A stretch of 62,724 nt of DNA, counting the filler, from Hausera hauseri (lineage: Eukaryota), in the NCBI GenBank assembly GCA_046269625.1. It is 11 parts of 11 records of this genome, joined end to end, with 100 filler letters (N's around TTAATTAATTAA, not from the genome) between each part and the next. Parts side by side here need not be neighbours in the genome. Positions count along the whole stretch, not along the records: positions 48,895 to 55,894 come from JBJURY010044776.1; positions 55,995 to 62,724 come from JBJURY010071439.1; 9 more parts are not named here. One strand, written 5' to 3'. The translations under genes were made by a program, and so were the position numbers. Position 1 is the first letter of the stretch, and every line of letters starts with the position of its first letter. Shown piece after piece: positions 52,068-62,284 of the stretch. Under the pieces are notes generated by a model, which did not search any database, was not told the origin of the DNA, and saw nothing but the letters and a program-made list of their open reading frames with translations.

Positions 52068-53476
52068 TTAGGTATCTGCAACCAAGTCTACACTTGGAGA
52101 CGTAGTCGGCTTTCCTTCTTCCGCTATTTGGTTTAGGTTTCTGTTCCAGGCCATGTTAATATTCTTAGGTGCTATAGCATTCTCATACTCCGTTTTGGGT
52201 TCTCTTAACCCATGATAAACTTCCATTAGCTGCAACTTTTCTTCATACTCCTTCCTGACCTTGATTACTTGTGGATTATTAAATTCGCCCATATTTCTTA
52301 TATACCATCGTAAGTCCTGCATCTCGATAATCATGCTTATATCACCTTGTTTCCCATAAATTCTTTCCAAATTATCCTTTATCGTGCTAGCTTTACTGGT
52401 CTCTGAAAATGATACGCTTCGTGGATTAGGACATGATCTAGCTATATGTCCTTCCTTACCGCATGAATAACAAATCAGATTCCCGTCTCGGCCAATTCTT
52501 TGTCGTCCGTCTTCATTCACTGATGATTTGGATCTGCCTGTTATTTTGTTTTGAGTCGGTTTAGTTTGCTTATCGATTCTGTTATTTCTATTTTCGAAAC
52601 TTCGATTATCTATATATCGATTCTTATTGCTTCGGTCAATATATTGGTTCCTATCCGAAACATAACCTGTTTTGTTATAAGGGTTATATGTGTTCCGATT
52701 ATCACTAAAGTTCCTACTGTCATATCTTGTGCTGCGATTAGTGGCATTTTGAGCTCTATTTTCATAACCTCGGTCCTTATTATTATCGCTAAATCTTCTA
52801 TTGTTCCGATTTCTATCTCGATTATCGCGATCATTATTTTGGTCATATCTATCACTCTGTCTAGCGTATCTATCTAGTGCCATTTCTAATTTCTGAGCTA
52901 ACTATAATGCAGTCTCAAAATTGTCTGGTCAAGCTAAAATTAGTTGCTTAACTAAATCTCTGGACCATATACCGTTTATTAATTGAGTTGTCATCATGAC
53001 ATCTAAATCCGGCGGGCTAGCTTTTCTGCCGCTTCGCGTTCCGCGTCCGTCTTTGCCTTCGCCGCATTAACTATCCTTAGCGTACTCACGTAACTATTAG
53101 CAAGCTTCTTTAGTGCAAATGCAAATTGGGTGACTGATTCACCCTTTTGTTGCGTTCTGTTTTGGAAGGCCATAAGCTTTTGTTCTGGCGTCACCGTCGG
53201 CAACAGTTTGCGGTTCAGTGCTCCTACTACGGTGGACCATGATTTCTTCTCGACATTGGTAAGTTCACTATAGGCATCTGCAGCCAGATTTTTTAAGTAT
53301 AATGACAGTCGTTTAATCATAAGTTTGGGCGCAAGACTGGCACGTTCTGCGTATAATTTATAAGTTTTTAAAAAGTCATTTAACCAATCCGGGTCACCGT
53401 CGTATGCCGGTAAGTTCAAAGAATCGAACGTAAAAATGTCAAGTTTCTGTGCTATAGCAGGGTTGTCTGCTGCCAT
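52068..53476 (-). mobile_element. gag: Gypsy-like gag (capsid domain plus CCHC knuckle), disrupted
   Basis: LPAYDGDP..FL..Y..L.LYLK..A..W..L..RTQQKGESVTQFA; N/R/D-rich linker; CYSCGKEGHIARSC. Confidence 0.88.
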
Positions 53477-53838
53477 CTTTAATGGATTTGGTTTATATGC
53501 TTTATGAATTTTAGGAGGAGCTTTGAATTCTTTAACGGAGGTTAGTTCAGTGTCAGATAAACAGTGCTTATCTATTACCTTGTCTTCAATATAAAGTTTA
53601 TTCCGTGTTTCTCTTTGGTTAAGTTTCTCGGTACCGTTTACTAATAAGTTTTGACACGAGTTGAAGCTCTCAGTGTTTACTCTCGGATTAATCTTTACTT
53701 AATTCCCTTCTAACCACTTATGATCCCAAGTTTAAGTTCTTAACTCGTATTGTATAACAATTATTTGGTGTAAATGGCGCTATTCGCCCGTATGCCGCTA
53801 ATTGACTCTCGAAAGTAATGTCTAGCGAGGCACAAACT

Positions 53839-53856
53839 GTCCTGCTAGGGTTGCCA
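53839..53856 (-). promoter_or_regulatory. Primer binding site (tRNA-Arg-like)
   Basis: TGGCAACCCTAGCAGGAC 2 nt after the LTR end TGTAACA. Confidence 0.65.
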
Positions 53857-53858
53857 AA

Positions 53859-54493
53859 TGTTACAGTTGGGGTGCCCCTTACCGTTTCCCACTATAACAA
53901 TATTTTCACTTGAAATTAATATTCCTATAAGCAGGTTAGGACTACTCGTTCTCGAATAGTCTGCTTGTACCTTAGGAATTTAATTGATATTATATAGTGA
54001 TGCCTGTACTGTCTGCTTGAATGAATGCCTCAGTTTATTTAAGTTCTCGCTTTAACTATATACTTTAGTAATGATTTTGCCCTTATTGTAGTCTAATCGT
54101 CTTTAAGAGACGATGCGAAACTATGAGGGATTTTAATAAACAAAATTTAAATAACCTTTATTTTTATAGTACGACCACAAGATTTCAATACAATCAATCA
54201 CGAATAAGTTCAGTTTGGATAAGTCGTAGTCATAGTCAATAATTGATTTCGATTTCGTTTTGTTCTGATGGGCTCTAAGGTCGATAGCTGGTTTGTGGTT
54301 CTGTTCTGTCTCTATACGAAGCCTGCTTATATAGTGGCAGGTCCGGAATTCGTTAAGTTTATTCACAAAATATTTAAATCTTCGAATTTTTAGCATTATA
54401 ATTCATCCGTAACTATTATATAACTATTTGTCTATCAGCGTATATTCTAGTAACTGGCAATTCCATAAATAAATTCCGTAATACTTGCTAACA
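53859..54493 (-). repeat. 5' LTR of the gag-RING element
   Basis: Minus strand TGTTA(54493)..TAACA(53859) inverted termini adjoining the PBS. Confidence 0.6.
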
Positions 54494-55894
54494 ATTTACA
54501 TTCAATCGTTCATTTCCGAAATAATGGTTAAACAATATAATTCAGGAATAGGGAGACTGTGATCCAAGAACTAACAATAAAGAAGTGTTTCCGACTGTTG
54601 CCACTAATTGTAATAGTATTTGTAAACCACATAAGTGAGGATAGAATATAGTTTTACTTTAGATTAATTGTTTTAGGAGTGGCTATATTAATGATTCACA
54701 TTTAACTTTCCCTTATAATCCTTGAATTAAGAAACAGCTGAGCAGGGTGCAACTTTGAGTAAACTAATTGGAACTGAAAACCCAGTGAAGTGTATGTCTC
54801 ATGGTAGAAATGAGTTCATGGAGAGTACAAAATTGAGCAAGCAAGGAACAGGAAATTGAATTAATATTAATATAACTTTTATGGTTTTCACAATCACTGC
54901 AAATGCGACAATCCCATAGTTCCTCAGTAGCCTGTAGCAACAATCATGGTTGGGAGTGCGTAGGCCTATTCCCTTTGGAGGATTGTATGTTACAGCTGTT
55001 AGGAAGGAGCAATGAATGATGTCCAGTGTTGCACACAACACACTAGCTCAGCACTTATGATTTATCTGTAACACATCCAGTGCATCTTAAATGACTATTG
55101 CAGCTCGAAGTGTTTATTTATACCTTTTACTCATTATTTGACTTCCATGATTTACTTTTCCCTGCATTCTAATGTTGAAGGTGTTGGAGGAGCCCACTGT
55201 GATTTATTTATTGTCAGGTTCTTATTTTGTTTTGATTGTATTCTTGAATGTTTACTATTTCCTTTGTCCTTGAGGATAGAACAAATAGGCTTGTCACATA
55301 ACTCTAAGAATTAGTTTTTGCCACTGCCTATGATCGATCATTCGTGTCCAGCCCAGGTCTGATTCCTAACCGCACCTCTCGCTCTTGGTGCCTGTACCCG
55401 GCAGACGCAAGTTTAATTTATTATGTTTTTCAAATAAAACAGCCTTGCGGTTCAACAAGCATCACAAACTGAGTACCGGAGTAAGTCGCTGGTAAATAAA
55501 AGACGTGGAGACTCACTCCTCTTTTCCTTTTACGACTTTAGATTGAATGGTAACAATCTATTTAATGGTACCAGTACACAGATCAAACAGGCAGTAAGCA
55601 GAAGAGGAAGAATAATAGGCCTACTTTAAAAGGAAGGTATCAGGAACCACGTGATACAATATATGAGGGGTGAATGAACACGGAGGGCGAACAGCGAGAG
55701 AGATTTCCTACAATAAACACGTTTTTACTTCTATTCACACGTTTGAGAGATTCTGAAGGAATTCGAAGGGCAAACTTTGATGCAGGAATGCGGAGGGTCA
55801 CTTCTGGCTCTCACCCTCACCTACAAGTCCTCGCATTAACCCTTGACGGAGGAGTAACGAGGTTCACACCCGGTCAAGGATAGTCAGTGACCAG

Positions 55895-55994
55895 NNNNNN
55901 NNNNNNNNNNNNNNNNNNNNNNNNNNNNNNNNNNNNNNTTAATTAATTAANNNNNNNNNNNNNNNNNNNNNNNNNNNNNNNNNNNNNNNNNNNN
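55895..55994. other. Artificial contig spacer
   Basis: N-TTAATTAATTAA-N. Confidence 0.99.
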
Positions 55995-56463
55995 CTTTCC
56001 ATTGTACGTGTACTGCCCGAGAGATAATTGTTATCGGCCTTTCTATTGCGCTACAGCCAGCCCGAGACCCTATACGATCGGTCCCGCTGACTTAAACTAT
56101 GTAAATTGTCGATTATAAATCTGACTGAAATTTAATGTAGCCGAATGGCTCAAATTGAAATAAAATGAAATAATTATATTTAAATAATAATAATAATAAT
56201 ATTAATAATAATATTTTAATAATATTAATAATAATGATAATATTTATATATAAATTATAAAATTTTTGAATTTTTTTTTTTTTTTTTAAGAGCCGAAGGT
56301 CATCCTTCGAGCCAGTCACTTTTCCGGGGGAAGCGGGCTCTAGATCCACATGCGGAGCTTGAAGCCAGCACCGGAATAGGATTTTAATTAATTAACTTAG
56401 ATGTTTTTTCGCTTATTAATTTAAATGTATTTTTATTTATTTATTTATTTTATTTATTTTTAG

Positions 56464-56910
56464 ATGATAAATTTTGAGCAGTGCATTAGGATATGGAAAA
56501 TATTTAATTCCTTGCAACGGGATGTGTTGCATAGAAAATTAATATGGTGTCGTGGACAGCAGGAACGTTTCGAGGATTTGGGTAGGCGCATGGAACAAAG
56601 AAGGGATGAAATTTGTGTTTTGTATTGTGGATCGCGGGATACCGATTTTTTAGATTTGTATAATGAGATTCGTGGTGCTATAGCGGAGTTAAGGCAGTGT
56701 CTTGCGGAATTGTTGGATCGGATGGAGTCTTATCGTCAAGCCTTGGAATATTATTGTTTATATGTAGATGGGGAAACCTATTACTACGAAAACACGGATG
56801 ATATTTTAGAGTATTGGAATGGGCTTAGCACGGAGGAACAGGTGAAGTTGTTACGAGAGCATGAGCGACGTATAATAGACTTGCAGCATGATTTAGTATG
56901 GAATATGTAA
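56464..56910 (+). CDS. 148-aa acidic, probably helical protein of unknown function; likely the last exon of a spliced gene
   Basis: Preceded by a T-rich tract and TAG acceptor; TATAAA at 56114; AATAAA at 56920. Confidence 0.65.
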   Translation: MINFEQCIRIWKIFNSLQRDVLHRKLIWCRGQQERFEDLGRRMEQRRDEICVLYCGSRDTDFLDLYNEIRGAIAELRQCLAELLDRMESYRQALEYYCLYVDGETYYYENTDDILEYWNGLSTEEQVKLLREHERRIIDLQHDLVWNM

Positions 56911-56935
56911 ATGTTTTATAATAAATGTTTATGTG

Positions 56936-57002
56936 TGTTATTTTTTAATGTGGCCGACGCCGGTCTTAAGCCCGGGTGAAAAACACAGAAAGGAAAATAA
57001 CA
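56936..57002 (+). ncRNA. Twister ribozyme (P1 type)
   Basis: P1 TGTTATTTT/AAAATAACA; U^AA cleavage site (56946/56947); P2 TGTG/CACA; GC/GC pseudoknot; P4 CCGG/CCGG with loop TCTTAAGC; TCTT/AAGG pseudoknot; conserved GA. Same layout as the rice twister UAA-P2-GCC..CCGGUCCCAAGCCCGG..GAGGG. Confidence 0.88.
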
Positions 57003-57008
57003 TATATT

Positions 57009-58241
57009 TTATTTGAATAAAACATTATCACGAATTGATGTTAGTATTCGTGTTATTTCTGGGTCATCGTAATTGATGCTCATTGAAAATTTGATCGGAC
57101 GTATTGTGTTGATTAGTAATCGTCGTACGAAGAATGAGAGGTATTGACGAAGGGATTATAACACTTTTGTAAAGGCCTCTTATTGATCTATTATCATTCT
57201 GGTGATTACACTGAATGATACTGAGGAACGTATCTGGCGGTGTGTCGTGAAATCCTATGTCATCTAGGACGACGAGGTCGTATTCACCTGTCCAGTCCAC
57301 TGGACAGTCGTGTAGTGAGTGGAGAATTAATGGGTTGTTGCCGTGTGATAAGGCAAACGAGGTTTTGCCGATATTTGAGGCAACAAATATGATCGCTGAG
57401 TTTATACCTCTGTCTGGTTGAAATGTAATTTTGTCAATTAGAAATTCTAGATCTCTTCTGGGAACGTATCTTTCCCGAAATTTATTCCTGACGTAGGTAC
57501 ATAAGAGCTTGTTCCTGGTGACAAATTCGGCCCTGTCACCCTCTTTCATTATTTCTAATGCCTCATTGGCTGATTTGGCATCATCGAACATCCGGTATAC
57601 CGCCTTTCTGCTGGTGTTGTCCCGGAGTACGTTAAAGGGCGGTACACCGAATTGAACGACAGTTGCGCCCTCGAAGGTGGGCTTATGATGGTATAGGTAG
57701 ACCTGTTAAATTAATAATAATATTAATAATATAAATTTGTATACTTTTTGTATGTCTTCTCTAAACGGTAAGATGAAAGCTCCCAATATCTTCCACATCG
57801 TTCTCATTCGATATGGTTGTGGTGTATGAATGAGAACGTGTAGATGCTTGTTACCTCCTTTGGATAATTCCTCTTGGAGGCGGATGAACCATTTGTGTTT
57901 ATAGTGCATTGGGAGGTAGACTGATTCAGCAAAGTATCTTCCTGTGAAATCTTCATCAATTTTGTGTACAAGCATGAAATGTCTGAATGTTGCTGATCTG
58001 GGAGGCATAGCAAGTTTATTAATGTCTTCAGTAAATTTAGATTGTAATGAATCAAGGATATCTTTGTCAAATGCGTTGTCCGGGAACAACGGGATATCCT
58101 TTTCAGTAAATACATGAAAATTTCTGCGATATTTCCTTTATTTCAAAAATTAAAATTTAAAAAAATATCAAAATGTACCTTTCATTATTATCTACATGCT
58201 CATTAGGTTGTACCATTTGTCTTTCTACATAAACATTGTCC

Positions 58242-58243
<2 letters not shown>
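57009..58243 (-). CDS. rep: CRESS-type Rep (HUH endonuclease + SF3 helicase), three exons: 58243-58179, 58135-57745, 57702-end; 3' deletion/frameshift
   Basis: FMLV (motif I), QEE..G.KHLHVLI (II), YHHK (III), VASNIGKT (Walker A, first G lost), VVLDDIG (Walker B), FVRRL arginine finger in a shifted frame ending at 57009; GT-AG introns. Confidence 0.85.
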
Positions 58244-58272
<29 letters not shown>

Positions 58273-58603
58273 TAAATATATTTTTAAGTTTTTGGCTCAA
58301 AAAGTAGTAAAAGAGTTTTCAATATGAATTGAGCCGGCTCAAATTGTATATATATTTGTTGAAAACAAAATGAGCCGGCTAGAAAATGCATTATGTGTGT
58401 GTAAAATTATCTGCAGTTGGTTACAAAAATTAATCAATAATGTTAAGTAGTTTCCGCGGCTGTAATTAGCCTGCGGTTCTCGGCTATTACATGCAAATGA
58501 CTGACAGCCACTTAAGTGGCCACTTGAGTTTGTGTGTAGCTACCGCCGATAATTAGACTGCGTTTATCGGGCAGCTAATGCACCGGACTTTCCATTACTA
58601 ATG

Positions 58604-58844
58604 GATTTATGCACGAGTTTTCTGGAGGCAAATGATTGTTTGGTTTGATAAGGTGCAAAAAATCTGTCATGGCTTCAATGATGTGATGTGTTTTCAGTAG
58701 AGACCGCATAAGCGTATTGTAATTGTCGGTTATAGATTTATTAGGCATATAGATTGAGTTAACGAAATAATCATTATTTATAACTGACAACCGCGTATGT
58801 GTGTCTGGTATGTGTTGGGCTTGTCTAATTAAATTAGCACTCAT
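58604..58844 (-). pseudogene. 5' part of an unknown ORF, truncated next to the CRESS unit; paralog at 62285-62724
   Basis: 58604-58716 is identical to 62611-62724. Confidence 0.65.
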
Positions 58845-59278
58845 ATCAGAACAAATAAGAAAAAGAACAAAATTATATTCAATATATACAACATGTACAA
58901 CACGAGAAAATGAGCATGCAAATGAGCACCAATCACAACGTCACGTGGTGATCAATGCCGAAATCAACATTCAGGCTATTAACTCCATTACCCCCAGGGG
59001 CACTATTCATATATTCTGCATCATTTCCCGTATTTAAGAAATCGACCTGTGGAGCAACATAGCACCTTTCACTGCACATGTGGAAAGGGTTCAAAATTTC
59101 GTTATATGTCGGACGATAATCAACCGGAACAAAAGTTGGCGTATTTAAAACACTCAATTCGATGGTCATCAATAGAAGAAATCTGATCCGGAATATAAAT
59201 ACTCAAACCCTGCGGTAAAACAGTGCTATGAGCAACATTAGGTACACTGGATTGAGACTGAATCTAATTATAATATAA

Positions 59279-60396
59279 TTATAAAAATAAAGAAATAATT
59301 AAAACCTGATTATAATTTTTTGCTAATTGCCTGAAGTCCACCTTGTTCTGACTTAGGAAATCATCTCTACTATTTCCGGTTCTATACAACATAAAATCAC
59401 CTAGGTCGTACAACAGGCACCTCTTTAAACAAGCCTCTTTGACTGAGGTCCATACGTCTGGACCATTTTGTTTACACAAAGAAGTAAATCCATTCGATCA
59501 TTCATTTCTTGTACATCTGTCAATCCGTACAACAGAAGAACGTCACGGAAATCTTCGATTTCGTACTTTTCTAACATTTTATCAATATTCTTCGTCCAAA
59601 AGATTATGCCGTCGGCTAGCAATATTCTTCTTTCCATATCCCATCTTTTGTTATTTTTATATTTCTAACGACAAAGGAACGGATTCTTTTGGCTAAATAG
59701 ATCCATATAAATTATATGTCAAAGAATAAAAAGTATATTAATTTGGTCTAACATTTGTATGTTCTCTAAATAATTTGGCACCCATGACATATTTCAGTGA
59801 TACTATCACACAATCCTCAGTAAATATGTTTAATTAAAACATGATTTTCATTGCCTTAATAGATAGTTGCAATGAATCCGATGAAATATTTTATTTGTTA
59901 AAAAAACGCTTAATTTGTATTATTTGGAATTCTACTCAATAGGTCTTGCCTCATCACATAAAATTGACGACATATGAATTGCATCAGTTTGTGCGGCCTT
60001 CCAAAGTTTCTGACATGGTTTGAATATACATTTTCATATGTATTTCATGGGATTGAATTACATCATGCGGTAATTTTGGAACCTTCATGAATGCTTCTTT
60101 TCTTTTCTGTTGGTGAATTACTCGGTGCAACAGATTATTTTTAACCATTTTGTTTACACAAAGAAGTAAATCCATTCGATCATTCATTTCTTGTACATCT
60201 GTCAATCCGTACAACAGAAGNNNNNNNNNNNNNNNNNNNNNNNNNNNNNNNNNNNNNNNNNNNNNNNNNNNNNNNNNNNNNNNNNNNNNNNNNNNNNNNN
60301 NNNNNNNNNNNNNNNNNNNNTGTATTTCATGGGATTGAATTACATCATGCGGTAATTTTGGAACCTTCATGAATGCTTCTTTTCTTTTCTGTTGGT
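59279..60396 (-). pseudogene. Duplicated fragments of an unknown ORF around a scaffold gap
   Basis: LLYGLTDVQEMNDRMDLLLCVNKMV occurs at about 59464-59538 and 60145-60220; 60040-60113 repeats at 60321-60395. Confidence 0.55.
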
Positions 60397-61010
60397 GGCA
60401 TCACAACGGACTTGTACAAACCCCTAATGCTCCTATTATCATTAGGATGGTTGCACTGAATAATAGAAAGGAATAAGTCAGGACGACGTCACTGAATCCG
60501 ACATCATCAAACACTAACAAATCGAATTCGCCACTCCATTCAGGAGTGTCGTGAAGCGAATGGAGAACAAGAGGGTTAGATCCGTGACTAATAGCATAGC
60601 ATGTCGTCCCTATATTTGAACTACCAAAGATAAGAGCGCTATTTACACCGCGATTAATATCAAAAGCTATAGGAGGTAACGTAAACACAAAATTATTAGC
60701 CAAACACACCTTAGGTCGAAATTCCGCACTTACATAAGACGTTAACATCTTATGCCGAGTTACAAATTCAGCGCGATCGCCATCTTTCATTATTTGCATG
60801 GCGTCGGCTACAGTTGGGGCCTCATCAAACATCCTATACAAGGCCTTCCTACTAGTGTTATCCTTCGTTATATCTATCGGAGGGACCCCAAACTCAATAA
60901 CAAAAGAATTTAAACTAACTTGTTTGCAATGATACTTATAAACGGCAAAAACATCATGCCGAAAAGGTATTACGTATTGTAAATCAAAAACAGCTTTAAA
61001 TTGGGACAAT
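60397..61010 (-). pseudogene. rep: Second, divergent Rep copy, truncated at both ends and intronless
   Basis: FGVPP..DNTSRKA.YRMFD.A..DRAEFVTR.K, GSSNIGTT, LLVFDDVG, then frameshifted FLSIIQCNH.NDNRSIRGLYKSV. Confidence 0.85.
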
Positions 61011-61135
61011 CTCAAATGCAAACAAAAAACATTAAGGAATTTTCGTCGTAAAGGAAAATTTCAAACTGTCACAAGATATTTATATAAGAAATAGGCAGAT
61101 ATGTGAAATTAATGTTAATTAATAATACGAAAGAT

Positions 61136-61957
61136 AAATGAAATTAAATGAATATAACATCTTTACCACTATTTTCATGGCTACTTCCAGCAACTGGACT
61201 AATCTAAAATTATAGCGGTTATTTAAATAATAACAATGTGAAAAAATATAGTAATGAAATTAAATTAATATTACGTCTCACTTTTCATGGCCACTTCCAG
61301 CAACTGGATTAATCTAAAATTGTAGCGGTTATTTAAATAACAATAATATTAAAAACAGAAATGAAATTAAATGAATATAACCTCAACAACTATTTTTGTG
61401 GCCATTTCCAGCAACTGGACTAATATAAAATTATAGTGATTATTTAAATAACAATAATATGAAGAGAAATGAAATTAAATGAATATAACCTCTACCATTA
61501 TATTCATAGCCATTTCCAGCCACTGGACTTATCTAAAATTATAGTCGTTATATGAATAATAGTAATATGAAAAAAGATAGAAATGAAATTAAATGAATAT
61601 TACTTCGACCACTATTTTTATGGCTATTTCCAGCAATTGGACTAATCTAAAATTAGTGGTTATTTAAATAACAATATGAAAAATGATAGAAATGAAATTA
61701 AGTTAATATAACCTCTCTACCGCCATTTTCATGGCTACTTGCAGCGACTGTACTATCTGAATTTAGTGTTTATTTAAATAAAAATAATATGAAGTAAGAT
61801 AGAAATGAAATTAAATGATTATTACCCCTCTACCACTATTTTCATGGCCGCTTCCAGCAACTGGATTAATCTAAAATTAGTGGTTATTTAAATATCAATA
61901 ATATGAAAAAAGATAGAAATGAAATTAAATGAATATTACCTCTCTACCACTATTTTC
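61136..61957. repeat. Imperfect tandem array, about 110-120 bp unit, 7 copies plus a partial
   Basis: AAATGAAATTAAATGAATA..CATGGC.ACTTCCAGCAACTGGA.TAATCTAAAAT repeated. Confidence 0.92.
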
Positions 61958-62284
61958 GCGCAACCGATATACATAGGGCTAAACATAGCAAAGGCTAAAC
62001 ATAGTCACCTTGTTTGATATCACCTTGTTTCATGGCCCCTAGGTTCATATTATGCTAAGCACTGTGCTCAAAAATCTCCTCGAAGATTCTTTTTTTTAAT
62101 TAATACTGGGATAACAGATAATGAGCATGCATGAAGAATGTACAAATGTCGAGGATAGTCTTTGTAATAATGTGAGGTATATTTATTCTACATCACTGAT
62201 GATCCGAGCATCTTCAGGAATCGGGATCGTCAGATGACATGGGTAGTGTTTCATTTAAGTCTGCTTCTAAACCGAGGAATAGAG

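Larger units (their letters stand above)
55995..58596. mobile_element. CRESS-like rolling-circle unit of about 2.6 kb (Rep, second ORF, ribozyme)
   Basis: CTTTCCATT at both ends, inverted subterminal motifs, convergent genes. Confidence 0.7.

Noticed and set aside
54081-54130. Hammerhead-like GTC..hairpin..GAAAC
   Set aside because: The CUGANGA core and one stem are missing; other CTGATGA hits I checked (3752, 4940, 62197) lack the GAAA/stem context
61266-61274. TAATATTAC geminivirus-type nonanucleotide near the second Rep
   Set aside because: A variant of an AT-rich repeat position (GAATATTAC/GAATATAAC in other units) with no flanking stem
61136-61957. CRISPR-like array
   Set aside because: The whole unit repeats with no unique spacers, there are no cas genes, and the context is eukaryotic
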